Positions 1 through 12,412 of a stretch of DNA of 64,000 bases are shown here, in pieces. A model generated the notes under the pieces. That model searched no databases and had not been told where the DNA came from. It worked only from the letters and a program-made list of their open reading frames with translations. This DNA is from Vitrella brassicaformis CCMP3155. Its lineage: Eukaryota; Protista; Chromerida. Made by a program: the position numbers and the translations under genes. Each line of letters opens with the position of its first letter. Within the stretch, counting starts at the first letter, position 1. The stretch covers positions 62,001 through 126,000 of the forward strand of contig CDMY01000286.1 of NCBI GenBank assembly GCA_001179505.1. The letters run 5' to 3'.

Positions 1-171
1 CACATCGATGCGAAGTGAGGCAGCAGAGGAGGGATAATGTTCGGCACCTGCCACACAACGGAGCCCTTGTAGCCGAACGAGAAAGCTGCAAGGGTAAGGG
101 AGAGAGGCCATGCAGGGAAGGCGACACGTTGCCGTTTTGTGTTTGTACGTATGTGTTGGTTGAAGACGTAC

Positions 172-1839
172 CACTTCGCCACCAATTCGCGGAAGCTGCG
201 GTGCGCAAGACCTAAGACTACACAGAGGATGACCGACAGAGGTGCAAAAGGAAACGTCAAGCAGATGAATGTGCAAGTCTTTTGACAACTTCATCCATCT
301 CACAGTCGCAGGCAGGGTCGTTGGGATCGAAGGTATCTCTGTAGTCTTCCGGCACACTCCAGAAGGTATTTCTGTGGTCGGCCGGCTCCTGAGTATACAC
401 CCTCACCCTTGTCCCACCCAGCCACTCCACCCCTTCCACCCGTCTCAGCCCCCATCCCAGGAGATGGCCAAACAGGCCATACTGCCGCATACTCGCCGCC
501 CGGCTGTCGATGTCTGCCTGGCTGCCCGCACACCCCACGTCGCCCTCGTCCAGCTGCAGGGGCAGCTGCTGGATGCGCCGACAGTTCTTGGCCAGGCGGA
601 GCAGCGGCACACTACCCGCCCAGTCGCCCCCCAGCTCCAGCACGTGCCGCAGGCGGATCAACCGAAACACGCGACGGCGGCTGGTGGACTGACGGAGTGG
701 CTGGTAGTCGATGACGCCCGTCAGTCCCTTGCGCTCGATGAGGTCGTCGATGACGGACGTCACGGCGGTCTCGATAGCGCTGCTGTCTGCGTGTGATGTG
801 CGGATCAATGTGTTGCTAGTCTGGGCGAAGGTGGCGGCCTCCTTGCCCTCCGCCCCCATCCATCCGGCGAGTGTGTGGTGGAGCTCGGGCGGCAGGCCGC
901 ACAGCCGTTGCACGAACAAGTGTGGGTCGGGGTTGACGGCACCACCACCACCACCAGCAGCAGCAGACGACGATGGCGATGTAGTATCGGAGCTCTCGGC
1001 GCCGACCTGAGCCTGCAGACACCAACACCACCAACACAGCAACACAGCAACACACGCACACACACACACACACACACAGAGCCGCATAGTGACGGCGAAG
1101 GCCGAACAAGGCCACGTATAGTGTGTACCTTTTTCTCATGTGACTTGGTGTTGTTGTTGGCTGGAGGACGAAGCGCAAATAACTTCAAGTTGCCCTCCAG
1201 CTGCCACACACAGACTCGCGGAGGGAGAGATTGGTTGACAGTGTGCATACAGCATCCATCCATCGTTGCGTACCAGTGCCAGGCCCTTCACACGCGACAC
1301 AGCCGACTTGTAGGCCTCTATCGATGTGGAGAGGTCCGACAGCGCCCCTTTGGCAATCTCCACTCGAGACGCACTCATGGGCGACTCCTGCACACACATA
1401 TACGAGCGTCAGACAACGCACACACGCACTTCTCGACACGCCCCTCCCCATCTCACCTTGGTCTTCCTCAACAGGAACTCGAGTGCCTCATGCGGCCTCT
1501 GCATACACACACAAAGGGCGAGAGATAGGCGACTGCTGAATTGTTTGTGCCGCACGAGACCTACCTTGCAGAGCTGTCCTTGTAGGCTGGTGAATTGGTC
1601 GCAGATGTTACGCAGCAAACTCTGCACACACAAGAGGCGGCGCCATCATTCGGTGATGAGTGTGTGGTTGGAAGCCTTGTTTGCGAGTGACTGACCGACT
1701 GATCTGTCTGGGCGTCGCTGCCATGCAAAACGCCACCCCCAGCGGCTGACACACACATCGCATGAGCTGTCATATATGTGAGTCGTGCTGCACTGCCCGC
1801 ATCCGCCTCACCTGCAGCCGGCGGCTGTTCGTTCATCAT
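172..1839 (-). CDS. Multi-exon lineage-specific protein; large exon ~300-1012 with a weak F-box-like motif; 3' end probably outside the window
   Basis: ORF 257..1087 is protein-like after the acceptor gtctgcag at ~1012 (LCGLPPELHHTLAGWM...). Further GT-AG-bounded exon candidates lie at ~172-212, 1130-1200, 1270-1370, 1450-1500 and 1570-1620. Linking them into one gene is inferred. Confidence 0.5.
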
Positions 1840-2313
1840 GATGCCGTCACTAACACACAACCGCAACACACACCTGCACAGATCAAACACACAGATGAGA
1901 TATGGTCGATGGATGGGCCGGCCGTCATCTCATTTGCTCACCAGCCAGTCAGTCGTCCAGTCAGTGGTTCTCCAAGCTACCTACCAAGTCAACAATCGCC
2001 GACCAATCTGCGCCACTCAGGAAAGCCTCCATCCAGCAGAGTGCTCGTCATGTTGCCGCACGCATGTGCCAACGAGTGTCACCCACCTGATGCCGAATGG
2101 CTGATGAACGCGAGTAGAAGTGCGCAGTAGCAATTTGCGCAGTAGAAGTGCGATGTCTGTCTGCACCAGCAGCAGACAGGAGGCACTCGTGAACCAATGA
2201 ATGCGGCTGAACCTGGTGTACTGCAACACACCGCTTTGGCTTTTGACAAGCTCGCATTCCGATGTAAATTTTCAGGCTAGCCTGATTGGTTTCTCAACAG
2301 CTCCATCGCAGCC

Positions 2314-4879
2314 ATGACAGCCACGAGTTTAGAGGCTGCCCTGGCTCATGTGTTCCGCGCCAGCCCCGAGCTGGAGCAGCACGAGAGTCCCATCCGTCGG
2401 TGCCTGCAGTGGGTAACGGTAGAGGACCCAACGTTTGTCGCGGCGCTGAGGAAGGAGGGCGTGCCTGAGCAGCTGGCCAGCCAGCTGCGCACGGCACTCA
2501 ATCGTTTTGGGAGCGGTCGGCGGCTCAGGCGCCACCAATCGGCGCCAAACGTACAACCGCCGCTGCGTGACGAAGCTGATGGAACTGACGTAGGGAAACG
2601 GGGTGGTTGGTTGGCACGCATACGCATCCTCCGATTCTCTTCTCTCTCTCTCTCTCTCTCTCTCTCCGTATATATGGTCTCCGTGCCTGCAGATATCGAA
2701 TGTCAACTCACCCGATCTGGCCATTGGTGTCCGCTGCCCGGTGAGCACACACTCAAATGAGAGCCACAGGAGGGCTGCTGACGTGCCTGCCCTGCTTTTC
2801 CTGCTCTTCTGACAGTGTCGGCATCACCCGTCGAGCTCTTCTCGGGTGCGTCGCGGCGATTTCGCTCCGCCGCGTGCGTTCTCTCCCGTTGGCGTCCTGT
2901 CACCATCGTGCAAATCGCCTCCATCCAAGAAGTAAGACTCACCCATCCAGAGATGCTAGGGAGGCTTCCTCGCCGCACGCACACACACACAATTCCTCTC
3001 TCCATGTGTTCCCATTTGTCTTCTCCTCCGTCCCCATGCAGGCAAGACATCCGCCCGTCGCCCGTGAACAACAGGCCGCGATACTCGGCACCACCCAAGC
3101 GCAGCGGCTACCAGGCTCCTGTGGCGGCGCCGGCAGCAGCAGCAGCTGCTGCTGCCGCTTTGCCACAATACGATGGCGGGATGGGAATGGACATAGAGGA
3201 GGGCATGGCCATACATGAGGAGTTCATGGGCGGTATGGGGCATATGTATGGTGGCGACGAGGGGAAACGGGACAGTAGCTCACCACAGACGCCGTTTGGC
3301 TTTCACCAGATGGACAAGTGAGTGGATGAGCTGGGAGAGGTGCACTGCAAGCCGCTTTTTGTCTGTTTGATTGATGTTCTTTTGCTCATCTTCTTGTCTT
3401 CAGTGCCCGTCCTGGTGGTGGTGGTGTGCCTCATCTGCCGCAGGTCCAGATGAAGGAGGCAGAGCACGCTGGTTTGAGAGGGTGGCCGCGCATCAGCCCC
3501 AAAACGGTTAGTGCAGCAGGAAAGAACCAAGACAAAAGCGTGCAAACAACACAAGGCGGCGGATCATCCCTCCCTCCCTCCCTTTCTTCCTCCATCCCCC
3601 CGTTTCTGTTTGTGTGTCAGTTGGCGGGCTTGCTGCAGGGTGACTTCGACCACAAAGGCTTCTCGGGCTGGACCATCCTCGATGCTCGCTGGAAGGCTGA
3701 GTACGACGGTAAAGAGAGAAAAACCATGTGGCACCCGACAGCCCTTCATGCTGGATGCTGGTGTGTCGGCAGCGGGGCACATCCGCAACGCCGTGCACGC
3801 CAGGACCAATGCTGAGGTCATAGATGCGCTGTGGGATAAGAATGGACAGCCCCTTCGTGACAACAAGCACGTAAGACCGCCACACAGACCTTTGCGAGTG
3901 CACACATGTATCTGTGCCGCATGGTCGTGTGCCTACATGCGCGTGCATGTGTGTCAGCTGGTGATCATCCATTGCGAGTTTTCGCAGGAGCGCGGCCCCA
4001 ACCTGATGAAAGCCATAACCGACTACCGTGACAACTACGGCAGCTCAGTAAGGCCACACGTTCACCCAGAGAACAACAGCATGCAGGGCATCTTGATGCT
4101 CTCTCTCTCTCTCTCTGTGGGTCTGTCTGCAGGAGGACTATCCGATCATGTACGTGTTGGATGGTGGTTACAGGGCGTTCTGGCACCATGCACAGGCGGT
4201 CGACAGCACACAGATACTCTGTGACGGGCAGTACAAAAAGGAAGACGCCCTCACGCAGGACGAGGTACACCCCATCCACCACTACCGCCAGCAAGGGCAC
4301 ACACACAAACAAACAGACGAAGGAAAGAGATGCGTCAAGACACTCCGTGTCCGCTTCTTTGTCCATCAGTTGGAGGCGGCTCACCAGGAGCGCATCGACC
4401 GCGACCCGGCGAAGCACCGAGAGCTCGAGAAGAGGACACGTCTACGTCGCAGTGCCACGCCCGACGCCGACAGACCTCCCCCACCCGCATTCGGTCCCCC
4501 GCTCGGAGCGGCGGCCGTCGCTGAGCAGATGGGCGTCCATCCGGTCAGGTTCAAGAGCATCTCTCCAGCCAACTCGTCGCCAGACCAGCAGGATGACAGA
4601 AACGCCGCCCGGGAGAACAAGAAGGCAGAGGGCGCCAAGAAGCCGACGTCTCGGCCTGCCCTGCGTCCTGCCGCTGGCGCTGCTGCTGCTGCTGCTGCAC
4701 CGAGCGAAAGGGCACCTCACCCATTCCTCAGGAGTGGGACGGGCTGGGGAGGCAACCCGGGGCGGACCGACAGTAGCCAGGGTGGAGGGCGGTCACGGCA
4801 GGGCGCGTCACAGTTCAGTCGGGCTGGGGCTGGAGAACAGAGGGGCGGGAAGCGCCAGAACCAGAAGAAGAACAAGTAG
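2314..4879 (+). CDS. CDC25: Cdc25-type M-phase inducer phosphatase (rhodanese catalytic domain), multi-exon
   Basis: Spliced exons give WTILDARWKAEYDGGHIRNAV, LVIIHCEFSQERGP (HCX5R loop at 3970-3999) and YPIMYVLDGGYRAFW, matching the Cdc25 motifs IIDCRYxYEYxGGHI, HCEFSSERGP and ELYVLxGGY. Confidence 0.88.
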
Positions 4880-5017
4880 GGGAGGGCAATGGGAGTGCAT
4901 GACCACGTGGCTACTGACTAAATGCATGCTGACTGACTTGACGTCATGAGTTCGACCGAGAGTATTCATTCGGGCCGTTTGGAGCCAAACGTGTGAAACC
5001 TTCAAGTTGTTCGCGCA

Positions 5018-5484
5018 ATGCTTCCTCCGCCTGGTCCAGGGCCGCCCCCGCCCGCCACAGCCCCTCCCGCATACGAGGATGAGTGGTCCGCGCCTCAGCA
5101 AGCGCCCTTTCCCCAGACAGCACAGCCATTCAATCCGGCGTCTCCCTACCAACTGCCGCAGCAGGGGGGATTTGGAGGAGGTGGCCAAGGACAGGCTCCT
5201 CCCTTCCTTGTTGTCGTACAGCAGCAGCAGCCCGGACCTGGGCCGTCTGCTCCCCCGAAGCCGCCCTCTGAGTATCAGTATCAGAGTCACTCGCCTTATG
5301 GCTCACCAAGTCTGCAGCCACAGGTGCAGCCAGCTGTGATTGGCTCGCCGTCTCCCTTCCAGCCTCCCCCGCCCGCTGCGGCCCACCACACATCACCAAC
5401 CATTGGCGGACTGCCACCAAAGGCGCACAAAAGGTCGCACGGCGGGGAGGGAGGCCAGGCGTGCTCGTGCGCTGCGCACATCGG

Positions 5485-5520
<36 letters not shown>

Positions 5521-6781
5521 TGGTGCATCAGGTGGCGGCCGATTCTCTTCATGCTGGGCGGTGTATGTGTGGTGATTGTCATCATATTGATTGTCGTTGG
5601 TGTCGCTACTGGCATTCTGAAATCATCTCCAGGCAAGCGAGAGAGAGGAGACAAACGACAGGAGATGAGCACAACGCAATTTGTGTGAGTCTTTGTGTGA
5701 GGACAGATGCTGGTGTCACGAGGACGGCGGAGACTCGGAGATGCACCAGTGGGTGGAACATTCAGAGCGTCAGATATGAAGTCACGGGCAGCCCAAGTGA
5801 GCCCAGACATATGACACCAACCAACAGAAGACGAATTCATGCCCTGGATGTTCAGGGGGATGGGTGGTTATGTATGGACGGCAGTCGGCCAACCTGTGGG
5901 ACAATGTGCTGGGGGGCAACAAAGGAGGAGGTACACGCACACACGCACCCGTAGTTTTAACATGCAGGGGGGGGGNNNNNNNNNNNNNNNNNNNNNNNNN
6001 NNNNNNNNNNNNNNNNNNNNNNNNNNNNNNNNNNNNNNNNNNNNNNNNNNNNNNNNNNNNNNNNNNNNNNNNNNNNNNNNNNNNNNNNNNNNNNNNNNNN
6101 NNNNNNNNNNNNNNNNNNNNNNNNNNNNNNNNNNNNNNNNNNNNNNNNNNNNNNNNNNNNNNNNNNNNNNNNNNNNNNNNNNNNNNNNNNNNNNNNNNNN
6201 NNNNNNNNNNNNNNNNNNNNNNNNNNNNNNNNNNNNNNNNNNNNNNNNNNNNNNNNNNNNNNNNNNNNNNNNNNNGGGTGCATACGTCTGTGTCTCCGAT
6301 CTGCTTGCGTCTAGTTGTGACTGACAACGATTGGAACGGTCTCGCCATCTCTCCCTCTGGCTATGGCTCCTCATATGCGGTGAACAGTTGACACATACAC
6401 ATACACCTCTCTCCCTCCATGGCTGGATGGACGTATGGCCTTCATGTCTTCATGCAGGGCTTTGCTGCGCCTTCCGGGTACTTCATGGACCACGTGATGA
6501 GTTGCTTCGCCAGGGACGGTATGAGCATCTCCTCGACTGTGTTCGTGATCGGCTCCGACCAGCGTGACGAGAGCTTGTACCAGCAGCGCCAATGGATCAC
6601 AACACCTGAACCGGTGCGCGTGCTGGCTGTGTGCCGGAGACATGACCCATCACAGGTGGGGGATTCTCGTTCCTTCAGGCCAGTCGCATGCGTGGCCTGC
6701 TGTTATGGAATCCCGACACATCGCTCTTCTCAAATCAGAACTACAACAGCATGGGAAACATCCAAGCGAGGACAAGTGTAA
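5018..6781 (+). CDS. Pro/Gln-rich N-terminus, single transmembrane helix and putative extracellular domain; spans an assembly gap
   Basis: ORF 5018..5575 is Pro-rich and contains PPAY. The exon at ~5530-5632 encodes the TM segment ILFMLGGVCVVIVIILIVVGVATGIL. Protein-like exons continue at 6310-6781. Confidence 0.55.
5976..6275. other. Assembly gap (300 N)
   Basis: Run of N flanked by G runs. Confidence 1.
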
Positions 6782-7191
6782 GGAAACAAACATCGATCCA
6801 ATGTGCGTGTGGGGTGTCTCGCCGATGAATCCCTCGGTCCGTGTGTGCCTGTTTCCAGATTGTGTGGCGTCGATCGTATTTTTCGGGTATCAGGAGCACT
6901 TTGGCAGAGGCCATGCGAGTAAGGCCATAGCGAGGATGCCCCCTTTCATATGTCGTTTGAGCTGTGTATGTCTCTCGTATGTGTTCTGTCCAGGATGCGA
7001 CTGACTACGTGACTGACGGTTCCATCACTCAGTTTCGCAACCAACTCAGGGCACTGCTTGCCAGAGTGTGATGCCACGTGCAATGCGTGGCTACACGTTA
7101 TCGCATCGACAATCTTTTTTCGTGTGGGGGCATGTTGGTTATCGCATCGGGCGATCCATTCATTGACTGTATTTCATGTATGTAATCTGTT

Positions 7192-8942
7192 CTAGAACGC
7201 ATACGAGCAGCCGCTATTTCCTCTTCTGTTCATTTTCTGCGCGTATCCGAAGCCATTGAGGCGCCGTCTCTTTTTCGTCCTGCGAATAGCCCTTCTGACT
7301 TCTGGCCAGAATGACCATGTGTACCGCCTCCACAAGCCATGCATGCCAACCCTCCACGCCAGCCGCCTCCACAATGCTGGACTCATGCTGTCAATCCGTC
7401 TGACCAGCCCTTTGAGCTTTGCCCTTTCGATCAACAGCGGAGGAAGACAGGATGGATGCGATGGGCTGCCTTGTAGCACACCACGAGGCCGATCAACCAG
7501 GCGGTGTCTCGTCTGGAGGTCTCGATTGTGGACGCGATTCTGGTTGTTGGCGCTTCGGTCACCAAAGCGCAAGTTTCTTGCTCGGTTGTCGAAGGGACAG
7601 CAATTGATATGATCCACTTCTCCTTCTATGCTGAGGTCTTCCAACCGTTTTCTCGAAAGCGACCGAAACACAGCAGCTACGATTCGGTGAACCATGTGGG
7701 TTTGACGCAGTTGGGCTTCCGAGTCGCTGAAAGCGAGCTGTGTAGCCCGATAGCTTGGCCCGTCGGTCTGGTCTTCCATCCGTGCACCATCCGTCCGTCT
7801 GGCCGCTTCAGCCGCCCCAAATTTGACACCATCCGGCCCGTGTCGATCTCCTTGGACGCATAAGGAAGGACCTTTCATTTCAAGGTTCGCACCGACTTCC
7901 ATCTTTCTCCGGCCAATTGTCGCTGGTCCTTTTCTTGTAGAAATCGCTGTCTCAGCAGCCCTCATTGCGAGCACGCTTGCCAACCGTCCTTTCGCTTGCC
8001 CCAAGAAGGTTTGCCGCTGCCTTGCAGGAAGGAACTCGCTGGACATCAGGCTTCTGGCTGGCGAGACGACAGTAGAGCTGCTCTTTCTTTTCCCAGAACT
8101 GTAGCTGGCCCTTAAGCTGTGGTCTATCCACTGCAAATTGTCGGCAGCATTGTTTGTTCGGTCGCCATCGACATGATGTACACCAAAGGATTGCGACGAG
8201 CCTATGCACTTTTCTGGTCATTTGGCCGGCAAGGAGATGTAGGGGTAGCCTGCGGTCTTGTGAATCGTTCCACAGGATTTCGCACCTCTCGGCAACATCA
8301 CCCTGCCTTTGTTCGACACGTGGATGTCGGCAAATGGTGGCTGGTCATTGGCATAGTCGCTATAGCGTCTCCATTCCTCGCCGGGCAGGTCCTCATATGT
8401 AACGGTCTCAAATCGAAAGCGCTTGAAGAGGGACCCTTGCTGGCGCACCAAGTATCCTGCCCACCATCGAGTCACTCCAAGAATGTGACCCAGTCGCGTG
8501 ACAGAAGGAACAGTGATGCAGCGACGACGGCCTTCGTATTCCCTCGGCTCCTCAGATGTTTGGGGGGGGGAGCCTCAGGGCTGAGGTGCTTTGAGGGGGA
8601 AGCAAAGAGCTCATGAATCCGCTCAATGAGTTGCTCCTCCCGTTGTTGTCTTGTCAGCCCCGGCGGCAGCGCAGACGGGGAGAAGAGACGATGTGCCGAC
8701 CAATTGCCAATGGGGGAAGGCTGGAATCGCAATTTAGGGCACTGGAATCGAGGACGCCGACAGTACCGGTCGAATAGGCCCGCCCCAAGGCAGATCTCAA
8801 CCTGAGCATTGCGAAAAACAGATGGAAAACGTCTGAGACGCCCCCTGGGACGCCCTAGGACGCCCCCAATGGGGGTCGTGGTGCTGAAGCGCAAAGAACT
8901 CGCCGCGTGCCTTTGAATTGGTTTTCTGTCCATGAGTCTCAA
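7192..8942 (-). mobile_element. Degenerate intronless NUMOD1-like/NUMOD4/HNH/HNH homing-type endonuclease gene (frameshifted), probably of phage or giant-virus type
   Basis: Motifs: EDLPGEEWRRY...HVSNKGRV (NUMOD4), RKVHRLVA, VHHVDGDRTNNAADNLQW (HNH 1), and HMVHRIVAAVF...EVDHINCCPFDNRARNLRF...NNQN (HNH 2). No introns or microsatellites across ~1.9 kb. Confidence 0.8.
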
Positions 8943-9021
8943 TTGATGAGGCTGAGCTCTCTTCAGCCAAGCTCTCGGGCTTTCTTTGAAGGTGAGAAAT
9001 CAGCCTGCACCCAAGGGCACG

Positions 9022-12000
9022 ATGCCATCTCGCGATGCCATTGCGTCATCAGGCAATGCGCATGCTCGCGGGTATGAGTGTGTGAGCGGAGGGAGGTTCC
9101 TGACATCGCACCGAGAGCAGCCGAACGTAAGCTACACTGTGATAAAGCCTCATGTCTTGTTGTTATTGTTGTTGTTGCAGGTTGACCTTGATCCCCCGGT
9201 GATGATCCTGGACCAGATATCTGCGGACTCTGTGCGGCTCACGCGGGCCGTCAGAGATGGAACAGTGGGAGAGATAAGAAACTACGTCAGTGCGCGCACA
9301 GAGAGGCAGCCGGCGTCTCCACTTGCACGAGTCTTGTTTCCTGTGTGATGGATGCAGGCAAAGGGAGGCAGCAGCAAATCAGAAGAAGAGACTGAGGAGG
9401 ACGAGCACGACAAACGACGAGTGTGTGAGCTCCTGCAGCCACAGGGCATCGACTATGCCTTTGGGGAGCCGGCCAGTCCCGCCACCAAGAGGCTTTTCCG
9501 GAAGGTCATCCTGCGGAGCCTGACTGCGGCAGAGGATGTGGCGAAACTGCTGGCGGAGGGCGCTACTGCATGGAATTCATACATTTATTTCATATATCCG
9601 GGCCCTGTGAGGGTGTCAGTCCTTCAACTGGTCATCGTACAGGTACAGAAGAAACACCACAGGCTGCCTTCATGCCATTGCAAGCGGCGTTCTTCCTCCC
9701 TTTTTTGTCTTGCTCAGCTCGCCATTGATGATCCAACCGATTGCCGGTAAAGGAGCGTACACACCTGCTTACTCCCAGCCCCGGTCGTACCTTTTCTCTT
9801 TTCTGCAGAGACGACCCAAGGCAGTTTCCCCTGGAAGAAGCCAAGTGTCTGCAGCTCCCCAACTGGCCGTCCCCACAGGTGCAGACAGCCGTCCTCGACG
9901 GCATGCTCACCTCAGAGAAGCACCTCATCCATCGTGGGGCCCTCACGAGGCTGCTGCGCTTCCCCGTCGACCTGGCCAACCCCGCCGCTATGAGGTGTCT
10001 GCTCAAGCACTACGATGGCACGCTGACGGGGCAGCAGCTGGTGTATCTGCCGCGCAATCCCCTCCCCTTGCGCATGACTGATGACTACGGCAGGGCGCTG
10101 CTGGACGTGTATCGCTGTCTGCTCGATCGGGAGCCATCGCTGGCGTGCGAGGAGACAGGGACGCGGTGCAACGCCTTCCACATGGCGGCAGTGAGAGGCG
10201 ATATCGTGTCCAAGGACTTCCTGCACACATACTTGGACATGCTTAAGGACCACGGCGGCAACATCAGGGGTTTGGACCTCGACCAGGCGACCCCGGTCCA
10301 CGCGGCTGCGGCGTATCAGAACTCGCCCTGAGTGCTGGAATGGCTGTGCAAGCACCTGAGCAAAGACGACATCAACAGGGTGTACGGCCCGAGCCAGAGG
10401 ACGCCTCTGGCGGCGTGTATGGAGGCCATGATGGACGCCTTCACCACGGGCGTCCCACCCAGCACCCTGGCATGCTTCTGGATCTTGCTGCACCACGACC
10501 GCGATGGCGCCGACATTGTGGCTGCCCAGAAATGGGTCGCTCAGAGTGGGAGACCCACACCTCACAAAAAATACAAGAGATACGTAGATCGATTGCCGAG
10601 ACGGCTCACCCACCATCCCTGTCACTCTCGTTGTGATGTCTCTGCTTGTAGAGTTTGGTCTGGATGAGAGGCAGCTGGAGCTGCTGCAGCACGGCACCAC
10701 CACCGCCAAGAGGACATCCAGGCCGCCGAAGCCCCCTGTCCCATCCAACGAGCCCCCTGAGAGCCTGCAGGCGGCTGAGGAGAAGGCCCTGCAGGCGGTC
10801 GAGGCGCTGCTGAGAGAGGAGGAGCAGGAGAAGGTGATGCAGCGGGACAAGGCGGCTGGTGGGGGGAAGGGCGGCAAGAACGGGCGGAAGAAGGGCAAGG
10901 GACGGGCAACGGCGAGTGCGTCATCCTCAACGAAAGATACGCCCATGGCCTCAGACGTGTAGGGAGATGAGATGACAGGGCACGTGAGACATGGCTGTGT
11001 TCCTATGCGAATGTGTTGCACTCTCACAGGGCTGTTAAAGACTCAGAAGATAACGGCGATGTCATGGTGCCGCCCGACGACCGCCCTTCCAGCTCTACGT
11101 GAGATCCGCGACACCCGCCGACTGGCATGGCACGATCGTCATTCACACCTCATGTCTTTCTGCAGCGGTTTGGTCGTTGAAGAGGCCTCCGCTGCTGCTG
11201 ATGATGGTGCCCCGGCGGCTTTGGAAGGCCTTGTTCGCGTCGTCAATCGCAGGAGGAAGAAGAAGGGCAAGGGCAAGGCGGCGGGGCTGGACACAGGCCC
11301 CTTGCCCCCGATGCCTGCTGACAGCTATCATGTCTCTAGGTAGGCTAACCCATGCAATGCGATGGATCGATCACCTGAGCCGATTTGCTCGTCATGGGTG
11401 TCACTCTCTGTGTGTCCTTTGCTTGCAGCACTGCGTCTGGCCCGTTTCAGGAAGGAGGTCTGTCGCGTGACGATAGCAGCGACAGCCTGGGCGCCACAGC
11501 GGACGGGTGAGACGACGTCACTTCACACTGCCGCCGTTTCTGAACTTCAAGCTGCGTATGTGTATGTGTGCAGCGGTGGATCTGCCGGTGAGGGTAGGGA
11601 TGCGTTGGTGTCGAAGCTCATACAGCAACTCGAAGAGGCACGGCAAAGGTCAGCAAAGGCGGAAAACCTGAACGGACATGATGATTGTCCAGTGACTCTT
11701 GTCTGTCTCTGTCTCCCTTCAGGCTTGCCGAGGCGAGTCTTCAGCGTGCCTCTTCGTCTTCCTCCTCTCTGCCCCCCGGACGGAAGGAGGACTGCAGCAT
11801 CTGCTTCGGCGAGCACGGTCACGCGGCCATTATGTTCATCCCCTGTCGCCACCTGTGTCTCTGCAACCACTGCTACACATCACACAAGGCGCGACACGAG
11901 CAGCAGATGCAGACAGCCAAGGAGCAGCGCAGCAAGGGCATGGACGTGCCCCTGCCTGAGTTCCGCTGTGCCTGCTGTGGTGAGAAAGCGGTGTTTGCCG

Positions 12001-12056
12001 GCACACGGGCCGAGGCGAATATGTGGATCAACCAGCCCTACACGTGGCAGCCGTAG
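9022..12056 (+). pseudogene. Ankyrin-repeat plus C-terminal RING finger (E3-ligase-like) gene with an in-frame TGA at 10329-10331
   Basis: Ankyrin-like segments NAFHMAAVRGD, ATPVHAAAAYQNSP*VLEWLC and RTPLAACM. RING: CSICFGEHGHAAIMFIPCRHLCLCNHC...CACC. ORFs 9741..10331 and 10332..10667 abut in the same frame. Confidence 0.72.
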
Positions 12057-12412
12057 ATAGAAAAGATGATAGAGATGGGATAAGTGGGTAGGGTGCATAC
12101 ACTCATGACAGAGCTGGCTGTGCATTCTGGGCTCGACACATGTGCTCCGTAGAGAGGGATGGGCAGCATGATGATAGGGGTGGGTCAGGTGCTGCCAGGG
12201 TGTTGTCAGAAAGAGATAGATTGGGAGTGGGTCACGCAGACGATGCTTTGATGCATCCATGTCATGGTGATGATGCAAACACACACGGCAAGAGATAGGG
12301 TGAACGCAGAAGCGATACAACAATCCGTCAACCTGTCTCTGTACATTCATCGCACTTATCACGACGCAGGCGGCCACGCAGCCTCTACACACAGCCACCA
12401 CCCGCCATCAAC

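Noticed and set aside
5968-5975. G runs beside gaps (also 16832 and 17138) as functional G-quadruplexes
   Set aside because: The tracts are truncated by Ns and more likely just the cause of the assembly breaks.
5782-6391. ORFs with poly-X spanning this and the other four gaps
   Set aside because: Artefacts of translating N runs.
7000-9100. Terminal inverted repeats or TSD defining the HNH element; Fanzor/IscB identity
   Set aside because: No convincing TIR or exact TSD was found by eye, and no RuvC motifs are present.
10329-10331. UGA read as selenocysteine or as a genetic-code change
   Set aside because: The position is not a redox Cys context, I identified no SECIS, and TGA ends many other genes in the window.
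9912-11027. 371-aa minus-strand ORF; likewise 51439..52278 (+) and 40930..41733 (-)
   Set aside because: Antisense shadows of GC-rich real genes, with no motifs of their own.
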